Of a stretch of 47,653 bases of DNA, positions 1 through 11,214 are shown one piece after another. This DNA comes from Phoronis australis. Its lineage: Eukaryota; Animalia; Phoronida. The position numbers and the translations under genes were made by a program. Where the stretch lies: assembly GCA_002633005.1 (NCBI GenBank), contig NMRA01000020.1:1645623-1693275 (forward strand), in the 5' to 3' direction. How positions within the stretch are numbered: position 1 is the stretch's first letter; each line of letters opens with the position of its first letter. Under the pieces are notes generated by a model, which was given only the letters and a program-made list of their open reading frames with translations, had not been told where the DNA came from and searched no databases.

Positions 1-2315
1 GCTGATATGGTGACTGGACCTGCTGCCTTATAGATCTCAGCAGGGATGCCATCCTTTCCTGAGGCTCTGTCACTATTCATCTGGGATATGGCTTTCTCAA
101 TCTCTTCTATGGATGGTGGTAAGTCCAGTTCTTCAAGCTCGGGTTGCTGCGGGATCTGTTCTAGAGCAGAAGGGTCAACTGTGGATGGTCTGTTTAGCAG
201 AGTGCTGAAGTGTTCAGCCCAGCGGTCTCTTAGTCCTTCCTGGTCTTTGATGAGGCTCAGTCCGTTGGAAGACAACAAAGGAGAGCATCCTGTTCTAGAA
301 GGGCCATACACTGATTTTAGGGCGCTGAAGAACTTCTTAGAGTTGTGGGAGTCAGCATGTTGTTGAACTTCTTCAGCCTTTTTCTGCCACCACTGATCTT
401 GCATTTCCCTCAGTTCCAGCTGCGCTGTACTCTGCAAGTGTTTGAACCTGTCCTTCTTTGAGACGGACGATGGATCATTCTGCCACTCTACATAGGCTTT
501 CTTTCTGCGGTTTCTGTCACGGCCTCCTTGAACTGCGCCCATTTCTCAGTGCTGGTTCCAACAAGTGGTGTGTTGCCTGACAGCGTGTCATCCAGTGAAT
601 TCTGAAACCGATGAAGGTGTAGAGGATGCTTTAACCTGGCTGTGTTGAACGATGCCCTGATGATTTTCTGCCTGTTGCGCTGCGGGGGAACGATGTGCAC
701 GTTGAAAAGAGATCGTACTAGTCTGTGATCTGTCCAGCATTCAGCGCCCCTCATTACCCGGGTAATCTTGACATCCTGTATATCCCGCTGGCGAACGATG
801 ACAAAGTCAATCATGTGCCAATGTTTGGATCTGGGATGCATCCAGGTGGTCTTGTATTTGGCTGCTAGTCTGAACATAGTATTGGTGATACACAGGTTGT
901 GCTCAGCGCGTTTACTTAGTAGGAGCAGGCCGTTGCTGTTGAGTTTACCTACTCCGTGCCGTCCCAACACACCTTCCCAACTACTGCTGTCATTTCCGAC
1001 TCGGGCGTTGAAGTCTCCGAGGATTACAAGCTTGTCGTTCGGGGGAGTTGTCCTGATGATCTGGTCAAGGTCTTCGTAGAAGCGTTCCTTTGCTTCTTCG
1101 GGACTAGTGAGCGTTGGGGCGTAGGCGCTGATGATGGTGATGTGGCGAGATTTGTTCATTGGGAAGCGAAGCTTCATTAGGCGCTCATTGACACCAGTGG
1201 GAAGAGTAGGGATGTCCTTCAACATGGTGGACCTGATAGCAAATCCTACTCCATAAATTCTGTCTTCAGCCTCTGGTTTCCCTTTCCAGAAGAATCTGTA
1301 GCCTCCCTTCTCCTCTTTCAGTGACCCTTCATCAGCGAGTCTCGTCTCGCTGAGAGCTGCAATGTCTACGCGGTAGCGCTGGAGTTCTCTAGCTACAAGT
1401 GCAGTCCTTCTTTCTGGTCTGGCTGCAGTGTCTCTATCCATCAGTGTTCGGACGTTCCATGCTCCGAAGATCAGTTTTCTTTTGTTCTTTGTTGATCGAC
1501 CGCATGTGGATGATCTGCCAGCCGCGGTAAGCTGGCCAGACTTGATGGGGCAAGCAATGTTTGGGGTACCTTTTCTAACCCCCTCCCTCGTGCGAGGGTG
1601 GGCAGTGCTGTCCTAAAGAGGCTGCCCAGTCGCCCTGGATGCTGCCGGACTTCTCTGTTGCCCTGGGTTCAGAGAAAGAGCGACCACTGGTCCGAAGGCC
1701 GCCTACGTGCAGGTTCGTGACTACAACTGCCAATGATCATCTTCACCTGTTGCTTCGCCACTCCCCCATCGCCGCAGGACTTGAAAGGTGCAGATCGGAA
1801 ATGATGAATCACACAACAAACCTGTGCGTGATGGTTTTTAAAGTGGTAAAGCCGTTGCACTGGGGCAATCCCACTCTCTCGGCTGAGGAAACCTTGATCC
1901 AGTGGCACAGAAATTGTTACGGCTGGAGGTTACCCCTGCTGCAGTGGATGACCATGACTTCTTTGGTGCCTCGTCGTGCTCTGAGCGCTCCACGGCACTT
2001 GCTGAAACCGCCGTCTTGACCGTTGGACCACTGGGGGTCTCATCCGCTCAGTCTGCCCGAGCCAGTCTTCACATGCTAGGGTAGGCAGTCCCTAACTCAC
2101 CGAGGGTTTGAGACCCGTCGGCTACCCTCAACCTGGTTTAGCCCGCCTGTCGAAGCGGTGTCCCGGGGTGTGGCCGCTGTGCATGCTACAGCTACTTGGA
2201 GCCACAGGTGAGAGCTGAGGACAGGTGGGGACCAAGGGTGGACGAACTACCCCCGAAGGAGTACGACAAGCCCCCCCACCAGAGGTACTACCCCTCCCTG
2301 GACCCTCCATACACC
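1..2315 (-). mobile_element. RTE-clade non-LTR retrotransposon, 5' portion (5'UTR, APE endonuclease, start of RT); runs off the left edge
   Basis: Minus-strand reading gives GAWNVRTL, LSETR, SAYAPT, LGDFNARVG, TWMHPRSKHWH and TDHRL (APE), then RWAEHF..LLN and GKDGIPAEIYK (RT-proximal). A GC-rich ~800-bp 5'UTR lies at ~1510-2315, and the element ends where the HINE repeat resumes at ~2323. Confidence 0.93.
488..1506 (-). pseudogene. RTE ORF, AP-endonuclease domain, disrupted by a frameshift (probable internal deletion) at ~505
   Basis: The track ORF 488-1441 extends upstream without ATG (CGRSTKNKRKLIFGAWNVRTL). After ...VTETA the RTE-like sequence continues in another frame (KAYVEWQNDPSS...) to position 1. 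Confidence 0.85.
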
Positions 2316-2322
2316 TCTAAGT

Positions 2323-2958
2323 ATGATTGTGAAAATTGGCATGTATGTTCTTACTATGAAGAGGTTGGTTGACGCTGAATTTCCCATGACTTTTATTACT
2401 GTTGCGCCTCTTAGTGGCAGTTTTTTTTGTGCCCATGTCTGTATCTCCCAAACCGTTTGCTGGATCTTTACTAAATTTAGCAAGTGTATTTATGTGATGT
2501 TGACAATGAACGATGATGACATTAGGATGATTTTGACTACCGGTATGCCTCTAGTGGCAATTTAAGTATTTTGCATTGACCTCTGTATTTTCATAGATCT
2601 TCAGGTGTATACTTTGTGTTACTTCGTGACTATAAAGGAAAAGTTCCTAGTAGAAATTTGTTTCTGGCATTCTAATGCTGCGCTAATCTCGTATGTTGGT
2701 AAATTTGTTTTTAATTCTATGTTTCTGTGGTGCCCTAAGCAACTGATGTATAGGATGTGCTTGTATTATGAAGATCACTCACATTTTGCCCCTTAGCCTA
2801 TTGAGGAGACAATGACCATGCCTTTCCATTTTGCAAAGTACAACATACTACATATATGCCCTCTACTGGTCACTTTATGGTACCAATAAACAACCCTAGA
2901 AGGATACCGTATATGGTGCAATTGTGGGCGCATTTCAACGCTCTGCGTTGCTCTTGTT
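2323..2958 (+). mobile_element. HINE/DINE-1-like non-autonomous Helentron, 3' part (5' part displaced by the RTE insertion)
   Basis: Closely matches 19681-20303. It ends with subterminal IR TGTGGGCGCAT, hairpin CAACGC-tct-GCGTTG and CTCTTGTT. Confidence 0.75.
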
Positions 2959-3350
2959 AGAAATTCACACAATTGTCTCCCAGAAATTCAAGGGAATGGT
3001 AACAATTTATTATCATGTCATGAGAGTCACTTTTTATGAATGTACAGGAGTATTCTTGCAACCTGTTTTGCTACAAGATAGCATTAGGAATTTGAAAAGT
3101 ACGACAATATACAAATCACTCACGCCTCAAACTTCAGGATGAAAAATTTAAATTTCAGCCATGATTTCTGTGTTCTGAATTTAGGAGGCTGTCTCAATCT
3201 CGAGAATTTGTAACATATCACAAATCTAATTGCTATCGTCAACTATGTCACCTTTGCTAAAAATATATATTAAAAACAATTATAAGCTATAAATGTGAGC
3301 CATCTGAAAAATGTTCAAACATACATTCACGAAAACAACAACGGATTTAA

Positions 3351-3399
3351 AACTTGACATGTTTCGGTGTCATTTATTAAACACCATCCTCAGAAGTCA
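3351..3399 (-). ncRNA. Minimal type I hammerhead ribozyme (inverted copy)
   Basis: Reverse complement reads TGACTT-CTGAGGA-T-GGTGT-TTAATAAATG-ACACC-GAAA-CATG-TC-AAGTT, with a fully Watson-Crick stem II. Confidence 0.85.
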
Positions 3400-3444
3400 T
3401 AATACAGTGGCCACCTAGCTAGGCCCAGCAACAAGTAATGAAAC

Positions 3445-4266
3445 TTGAAATTCAGTGTAGAATTAGAGGTCGATAACATTTTGCCATTTCTGGACGTGCT
3501 AGTAGAGCGTGAGGGTACCTCAGTGATAACATCAGTATTTCATAAGAAGACTTACACAGGACTGTACACTTGTTTTCATAGCTTCACATCCTTTGTTTAT
3601 AAAGTAGGTCTCATAAAGACGCTAATAGACAGGGTATATCGCATTAACAACACTTGGGCTAGATTTGATTCTAATATCAAAGAACTTACAACGAATATGC
3701 AAAAGAATGGCTATCCCCTAGAATTAGTCAATAGGGTACTGAAAGCAAGACTCCAACGTAACCCTGATGATGTTCATCCTGTAGACAAAACTAACTACAA
3801 GTACTTTAAAATACCCTATGTTGGGTTTTACGCCAAAATTGCTCAACGAAAACTCAACAAATTGGTGAATGATTACTGTGTGAACTTAAGAGTTGTATTA
3901 ACATTCAAGTCTCTAAAACTGTCGAGTTTATTTAACCCTAAGGACAAAATTTCTATGGGTCTACGGTCCAAGGTTGTATACAAATTTATCTGTGCTGGAT
4001 GTGGCTCCAGTTATATAGGCGAAACTGTTCGCCATTTGAAAACCAGGACCAAGGAACATCTAAATTCTGACAGTAATTCACATGTAAATATTCACCTGCA
4101 GAGCTCCAATCATTGTTATCAGCAGTGCTCTTTCAATGACTTTGCAATAATAGACCAGGCAGTAACAACAAAGGAGCTTAAAATTCGTGAGGCTTTACAT
4201 ATCAGTTGGTGCAAGCCCAATCTCAATAGGCAACTGACACACCACAGGTTGTCATTGTTGGTATAG
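3445..4266 (+). CDS. Penelope-type RT C-terminus/thumb plus GIY-YIG endonuclease (N-terminally truncated, no YxDD)
   Basis: Motifs LPFLDV, VFHKKTYTGLY, NGYP, IPYV, VVYKFICAGCGSSYIGET..LKTRTKEH and EALHI...PNLN; 273 open codons. Confidence 0.9.
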   Translation: MKFSVELEVDNILPFLDVLVEREGTSVITSVFHKKTYTGLYTCFHSFTSFVYKVGLIKTLIDRVYRINNTWARFDSNIKELTTNMQKNGYPLELVNRVLKARLQRNPDDVHPVDKTNYKYFKIPYVGFYAKIAQRKLNKLVNDYCVNLRVVLTFKSLKLSSLFNPKDKISMGLRSKVVYKFICAGCGSSYIGETVRHLKTRTKEHLNSDSNSHVNIHLQSSNHCYQQCSFNDFAIIDQAVTTKELKIREALHISWCKPNLNRQLTHHRLSLLV

Positions 4267-4345
4267 TTCATTGTCAATCCCTGTAACTGACTGTATCTGT
4301 GCTTCATTACTTGTTGCTGGGCCTAGCTAGGTGGCCACTGTATTA

Positions 4346-4395
4346 TGACTTCTGAGGATGGTGTTTAATAAATGACATCGAAACATGTCAAGTTT
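4346..4395 (+). ncRNA. Minimal type I hammerhead ribozyme
   Basis: ACTT-CTGAGGA-T-GGTGT-loop-ACATC-GAAA-CATG-TC-AAGT: complete core, stem I ACTT/AAGT, stem II GGTGT/ACATC, palindromic ACATGT at stem III. Predicted cleavage is after C4389. Confidence 0.85.
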
Positions 4396-4439
4396 TAAAT
4401 ACGTTGTTGTTTTCGTGAACATATGCTGTTACTTGCTAT

Positions 4440-5224
4440 CATGGAGTTCAAACATACACCATTGCCAGCATGATGATGAAAACATGCAGCAGACAATAGC
4501 CTCTGTACTGCACAGAGTTGAGGCTTTTTAGCAAACAATGTTATATGTATCCCATACATTATGGCTACAGAGATAAGTCATTCTTAGTCACAGCAATATG
4601 AAGTGAATGACACACAGAAGTGGTAGCCCATGTGGACGATTTTCCACTTCTTTCACAATTTTCCAAAGAAGCGGCTTGTCATCCAGGTCCCTCATGGGAA
4701 ATCTAAGCACACTTTTTTCTGAAGTCTTGCAAAGATCATCCAAAGATGTACTGATTTTAAACAACAGTATCCGATCAAGTTGCTCAGTTGAGTCTTTAGA
4801 CATGTTTAACAGGAAAGGGTTGGATTGTTGATAATCCTCAGATACTGAATACCCAAAGTCAACTTACTCGGACTCAAAATTTAACAATCACTTTGCTCCT
4901 GTTGGTGTCTTAGAAACAGATGGCTAATCCATCAGTGCATGTTTTTGTCGATCTTCAGACTGAGCAATGAGAATGCTGACATCCATTATTGCAGATTTCT
5001 GTGAGTTTTGAACAAAACGGAATGCATGAGCTGCAGATAAACACAGGCTTAGTGTCCAGCAAATCGTTGAATTTAGACGAGTTCAAAAAAATCCAAGTAC
5101 CTCTGCTTTATGCAGCTTTTTTAAACTGATTTTGTGTGGGTGGGAGTCAGAGTATAAGAGTTTGTCACATAATATGCATGTCTTTGACTTTGCCTTTTTC
5201 AGTTGAATATTAACAGTTCACCAT
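4440..5224 (-). pseudogene. Degenerate protein-coding remnant with Cys pairs, probably transposon-derived
   Basis: After an acceptor-like TTAATTTCAG the fragments KAKSKTCILCDKLL, FICSSCIPFC and LRFPMRDLDDKPLLWKIVKEVENRP occur with stops and frameshifts. No family recognised. Confidence 0.3.
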
Positions 5225-6069
5225 CTGAAATTAAATATACGTAAATAGCAAAGGCTTTCAATTTTTACTAGCATGACTAATGTGCCCCCTAGAATTATCT
5301 GTGTTCAAGTGAGTTGACATACAGGCTGTAAAATTTTAATCAAGCTGATTGATTTTGTCACGTTTTTCCCCGTGTGTGGGTGGGCGCAGGTTGTTACAGA
5401 CCTGTCATATTGGTCAGCCCCTTCAGAACTGCTATAGGGGATCATTATCTCTTATCTGATTTTGTATACCTTACCCTATTGTGCCTGCATTGACTTTCAT
5501 CATAAAGGGCTATTGTGGAGATGTTTAAACTGTAGGCTTGGGTAACAATAGGCATCCCTCTGCCTGTTACTAAAGACCAAGCTACACCACAAGGGAAAGC
5601 ACTACTTTCAGCCTTTAGCTGGCCAAGCTTAGATATCTATGTCCATTTCAGTTGGCAGTGTTTTCGAAGAACTTCGGCCCAAGTATAAATATTACACTTC
5701 ATTTCCCTCTGATAGCATGAAGCGCGTTTATCCCGAGTAAGAGATGATGGCTGTTGGAAGTTTAAACATTTGAAATGTTCGTTGTGAAAGGATGTTTTAC
5801 GAATACCATAATCATAGCTAGGGCCAAAACAGAACAGTGTTTTTAAAGACAGATAAGTTTTTTACTATTCAAAGGCCACCTATTCTGACAGTGTTTTTGA
5901 ATTACAAGTTCGTACGCCACATGATGCATCGTCGGAGCAGTCTCAAAACTCCCGATAAATAAGTAACTGGTGTCAAATTCACGCTACTCTTGATTTAAAA
6001 TACGTAGGACCTTTGTGCACTGAGATAGTACAATTCTCTGATCCCATTAGAAGACTAATCAATCGCGAG

Positions 6070-6303
6070 CATGCGCGCGCCCTGCCTTGAAAATGGGGGG
6101 CTCGAATTTCTGTCCATGTGGACAAAAAATTGAGAGGACTAAAAAACGGGGTACCACCTTTCAGAACTGTGCGTATGCATCATTTTTAGTGGACTTCTGT
6201 CTCCTTTTCTCGGACTTTTCGTTTTTCTGAGATGGACCTTTTTGCCAACTTCGCCAAATGGGGAGCTCACTCGAGCCCCCGAACCCTCCTGAGTGCACGC
6301 ATG
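6070..6303. mobile_element. hAT-like MITE with 5-bp TSD
   Basis: Ends CATGCGCGC...GTGCACGCATG; subterminal GGGGGCTCGA / TCGAGCCCCC; TSD GCGAG at 6065-6069 and 6304-6308. Confidence 0.75.
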
Positions 6304-6849
6304 GCGAGTACCGGCGTAGGCAAAACAGTACATTAGACTTTACTTGGTAACATTTACAGAAAAAAGTATTTTGCTTCTCCAAACGAGAAACTGTAATATC
6401 TTTAAATGATTAAAAATGAGGTATTCAAAGAGATGGAGTTGAGAAATAATGATACAATCAGTTTCCTCATCTCAGCTTCGAATGAAGTATACATGTACAG
6501 GCAAACATTCTTTTTTGTCACATTCGTATTTGGATGAATTCTCAACTCTTGTAACTGTTTTTCTATAAATAATCTCGTAGAAAACAAAAATGACTTTAAA
6601 TCTTTTGTTTACATGTTCTGTGACTCAAAACCTGACAAATCTAAAACAGTTTTAATACATGTCATGCAAAAATGGACCTAGCATATGAGCAATATATGTA
6701 ACAGAATGAAAGAGAGCAATGAAACCATACGCAAACAATTGCACCATTCATACCAGTAGTCATAGTCTACCTATAATAGGAATACTATTCATGTAAGTTA
6801 TCTGGTCAACATCTAACTCGGTAGATACCTACAGAAAATGATATTATGA

Positions 6850-8320
6850 GCAACACCTAAAATTAACTTGCATGTGTGCAATTTCGACAAACTACTTGCT
6901 GCCACTGAAAGAAGATTGTGCTCACAGCATCATTTTTCTACATGTTGCATCCTATCACATGAAGCAGGGTGGCCATCATATGAAAATATACAATCAAATG
7001 AAAATGTTCATAGAAAGACATGTTACAAAAAACCTTGTACCATCCATATGCCGACCAATCATATATATACATATTCATATATATATATATACAACAGCAA
7101 ATGCCAACACTAACAATGTTGGCTACATGGTAGTAATCGTGTGATTGAGGATGCTATTGCTAGAGACATTTGATCATTCCCACACAATGTACGACTAGTG
7201 TGTGTGACAATATAGAACTTCTGGGTATCTCCAATGCTATGGAGAAGGTAAACTACTAAATCGGACATTCACCTAAAATAGTAAACAATACCCATGACTA
7301 TCATATAGGGGCTTGCAAAAATAATTATAATCATATATAATAGACAGTCATCAACAAAAAATGATATCAGAAATGACTGTGGCAGAAAACTGAAAATGAC
7401 TTGCCGTTGGATCTAAACAAGTTTTTTCACTCAATACATGCCATTCTTAGCTACTAAGTGTTTTACGTTGGTATCAAACAATGAAACAATCCTTGTTGAT
7501 ATAATATAGCATCTTCAAAAATACACAACAAAATGGCAACGTTCAATGGAAACGAGGCAATGTAAAAAGCAAGCACCATCCATACATATATACATCGGCA
7601 AGCACCAACACAAATTGTGTCACACAAATGATCAATTACAATGGCCACATGGTTTCAATCATATGATTGAGACATCTGCAATGTTTTCAAAAAATACACA
7701 ACTAGTGTGTGTAAAAATGGAACACCTTGGTAGCACCAAAATGGAGTTGGTAATAAAAAAACTTTGAATGAAAAATTATACGAAGTGCTTGGTCGGATAC
7801 GCACCAACAAAATAGTAACCCGTACATATCTATCACACACGGTTTTTCAAAAATGGTTTTGGTTATGTGTATAACACTCAGTGAGCAAGAACAATACAAT
7901 ATTTTAGATCATGGCAGTAAAACTGAAAAGGACTTGCCGTTAGATCGAAACAAGTTTTTTCACTTAACACATACCATTACTTGCTACTAAGAGTTTTGCG
8001 TTGGTATCAAACAATGAAATAATCCTTATTAATGCAATATAACATCTTCAAAAATACACAACAAAATACACAACTAGTGTGTGTAAAAATGGAACACCTT
8101 GGGTATCAGCAATGTCATGGAGTTTGTAGAATTTTTTATTCAAAATTTTTTATTGCCAAGCACCAACCGAATATTAACCCGTACATGTCTGTCATACAAG
8201 GTGTTTCAAATATAGTCATGTATAACACGCATTAAGCAAGAAAAATACAATATTTTAGATCAGTAAAGCTGAAAATGACTTGCCGTTACATCGAAACAAG
8301 TTTTTTCACATAATACATGT
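6850..8320. repeat. Diverged tandem array of ~530-bp units (about 3 copies)
   Basis: The landmark CTGAAAA(T/G)GACTTGCCGTT..ATC.AAACAAGTTTTTT recurs at ~7390, ~7922 and ~8269; ACTAGTGTGTGT recurs at ~7194, ~7701 and ~8073. Confidence 0.75.
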
Positions 8321-10445
8321 ATTATTTCCTACTCAGTGCGTGTGACCCTTGCGAAAGTCGATGTAATCCGCCCTAACTGCCCTCTTTTTTGGAGACGATA
8401 AAGTCTTCCACTGCGTCATCAGAGAGCCAAGATTCGCAGGTATCGTTTTTATTGCGTTACTGTCCAGCTTAATTGCCACTTCCTCTAGAAAGCGGTCCAC
8501 CAGCCACACAGTGCCACTTTGGTTGTCGTCAAAGTGGATGACATCATCTCTAATCAGTTGCTTTAATAAGTGTCTCTGACCTGAAATTAAGGCATTTAAC
8601 TAAAATTTTATTTCCAAAGTCTAAAGAAATACAAGATGCAGTATATAGAAGATATCAAAAAGTGCCTCCCAATTGGCACACGTTTTAACTTTAAAAGGAC
8701 ACTACCCCTCCTTCGGTATTAACAGACACAAGAACTTATCTAAACCACCATAACATGTAAGAAGTATTGAAAAATAACCATGTCATGTAATCTTTACGCA
8801 TCAATGCTGGAACGTCAATGCAAAAACACAAAATTGCTTCAAATGGGTGGTATGAAATGGCTTATATGGCATTGCTTATGGGTGTCACCGATTTGGACTC
8901 GGCATTAATCAGCACATAGAACAGTAAACAAGAGGCAAAAAATAATGTACTTCATAATGATAACTATTTTGAATACATGAATTGTAAAAACAAGGAGTGT
9001 GACCAAAGCGCAAAAAATAATCACATATTTTAATGAAACTCTTGGTTTACAAATTGGCTGATTTATAAACTAAAGACCCTTTCATATTGACTTAACTCTG
9101 GTCTGAGCGGAGTGTCGACGTAACCAGCGCAGTTAACTGGACCGTTCATACTGGCTTCGGTAGTTAATGAACATCAAAGTAAGCGGTTGTGTGCTGCTGT
9201 CGTCATCGAAGTTATCGCAAGGTAGCATTGCACGCTAAGATTTTCTTCAATGTTTCAATTTGGAAATATCTACATGTGCAAGCCATTTCTGCCTCCCGTT
9301 CAGTAATTAAAGCAAGGACCTCGCTAACAAGCAAGACTTCGCGAGATTACGTGGTATGTTGCCTTGTATGTTAAATGAAAACACGTGACTTTAGCTAGGT
9401 TCTACCATAGGTCCTAGCGTTACTGAACGCACCCCTGGTCCAAGGAGGGCAGAACAGCAGGCATATTTTCAAGGCCCAGTGACATATATCATGTTGTGAA
9501 TATTAAAAAACATTTAAATTAAACATTCACTATTTTGTCACAGAGTACCAGTTGGGGATCATGCCACTGCTGCTTAACAGTTCCAGCAAGAAACAGTTCA
9601 CGCACAGGCCTACACGATCTTGAGCTTAAGCAGACAGACTGCAAGTCGAAAGCCATGTTGTGTAACATGTGTTAAATACACACTACAAAATGGCGGGAAA
9701 ATAGCAGAGCTTCAAATTCAAATATTCGACCGATCTGCCATACACCGTGAAAGATGAGCTACTGATCGTTGCAAAAAAAAACAATATAGTGTTCTTAGAA
9801 ATACAGTAAATGTACGTCATTTTTAACAAACTTACCCCTTGAAAGCGTCGAGTTTGCCAGAGTCCGATAAGGCACTGCTGGTCTGACTTCGTCTTCGGAG
9901 ACTTCTCTGTCATACTCCGAGCCCCGTTTTCATCCACAGCTTGAAGTCTATTTTTCATTTTTATTGGCAGCAAAACACTAGGCGGACATCGGAGGAAAGT
10001 GCTCGACGCTGAAGTTGATTACCCGGTTATTGATGCGCGAGGAAATAGTTCTCAGAGAATTGAAAAAGAGTAACTACATTTTTAAATTTAATTTGGAAAA
10101 ATATCAATAGAACGGTGTTGGTAGAATATAAAAAACGTAATGAATGTATAATGTCCTCATTTGAAGCGCTTATTGACAAAACTGAACAAATGGTTCAAGC
10201 CATTTTACGTGCGTATTAATTCTTCAATGCTGAGTGACGACAAGGTTTGTTTCTCGGCAAGTTGGGCATCAATTTTCGCCGTTCAACGACTGTATGTAAT
10301 CGATTTTGATCAATAATTTTCAATAACACATGCATAAATAGTTATATCTGAAACTTCTATTCTGGTGTCTGCCCAAGGCCTAGTTAATGCTTACGTAATA
10401 CTGCACAAGCGATTTGTGTGGTTGGCTGGCTCACTATAGAGCTAT

Positions 10446-11214
10446 TGTTAGAACGGCTTTGTCATGAGTGACAGCGGGCAACTGGGATAGCGAAGCGATT
10501 GCTCGCTGAGAGGGCTGACCCTCATGTGCTAATAGATTTTGGTGCGAAGATTGACTGAAGACTGGTTCGAGTTAATCCTTTATTAATCCCGACCGTACAT
10601 TCACAAGCCTACTCAAACAAAACATCCGACGTAATGTCTGTTTATGCTCCAGCCAGTGCTGCGAAGCCTTGACTTGTATTGAACTTCTGAGATACTTCCA
10701 GCAACTGTTACACTCGATTCAATAACCTGCTGTCTATAGCTGGCTCTCTATTGACTATCGCTTTTACTGCTGATTCTCTTCACTGCAACTCAACTGTAGT
10801 TCTCCTGATTAACTTACTTGAACTCACCGATTAACTTGATCTTCTCTTGAACTGACTTGATCTGATTAACACAAACCCGTGCTTGTGTATTTATAGCCTA
10901 ATGCATTGTTCTGGAACTTTTCATCAATTCAAGCACATTCTAGAACTTTCATGAATCTACCCAATCATTCTAGAATATTCCAGACTGCATCAATCACTGT
11001 CATGCTAGAGTCTTCTAGAAAGTTCCACGCTATACTGTTCAGTAGTAAACAAATGACATCATCACTGTTCTGACCTCAGTCTTCTAGAAAGTTCCACACT
11101 ATTTTGTAGTAAACAAATTACATCATCACTGTACTTAACTCAGGGGTCGTGCCAATCAAGCAGAATAACAAAACAAAACAACAACTAAAAATACTGTCAG
11201 ACTATATTCTGACA
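10446..11214 (-). mobile_element. Probable solo LTR (769 bp)
   Basis: Termini TGTTAGAA...TTCTGACA form a TG..CA short inverted repeat. On the minus strand TATAAATA (10888-10895) precedes AATAAA (~10578-10583), with tandem ~65-70-bp repeats in the U3-like part. The TSD is not clean (GCTAT vs GATTT). Confidence 0.7.
10909..11094. promoter_or_regulatory. Cluster of heat-shock elements (inverted nGAAn arrays) upstream of the LTR TATA box
   Basis: TTCtaGAActTTCatGAA (10938-10955), TTCtaGAAtaTTC (10968-10980), TTCtaGAAagTTC (11013-11025 and 11082-11094), and imperfect TTCtgGAActTTT (10909-10921). Confidence 0.7.

Larger units (their letters stand above)
3326..4445 (+). mobile_element. 5'-truncated Penelope-like element (PLE) with an inverted copy of its 3' end at the 5' side
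   Basis: Contains an RT-thumb/GIY-YIG ORF and 117-bp inverted repeats at 3326-3442 and 4303-4419. It is flanked by a 13-bp direct repeat GTTCAAACATACA (3313-3325, 4446-4458). Confidence 0.92.

Noticed and set aside
46-1180. Plus-strand ORFs 46-366, 768-1079 and 956-1180
   Set aside because: Antisense shadows of the RTE ORF, typical of LINEs; no independent features.
2323-2796. ORFs MIVKIGMYV... and MYTLCYFV..., repeated at 19681-20172
   Set aside because: Chance ORFs within HINE copies.
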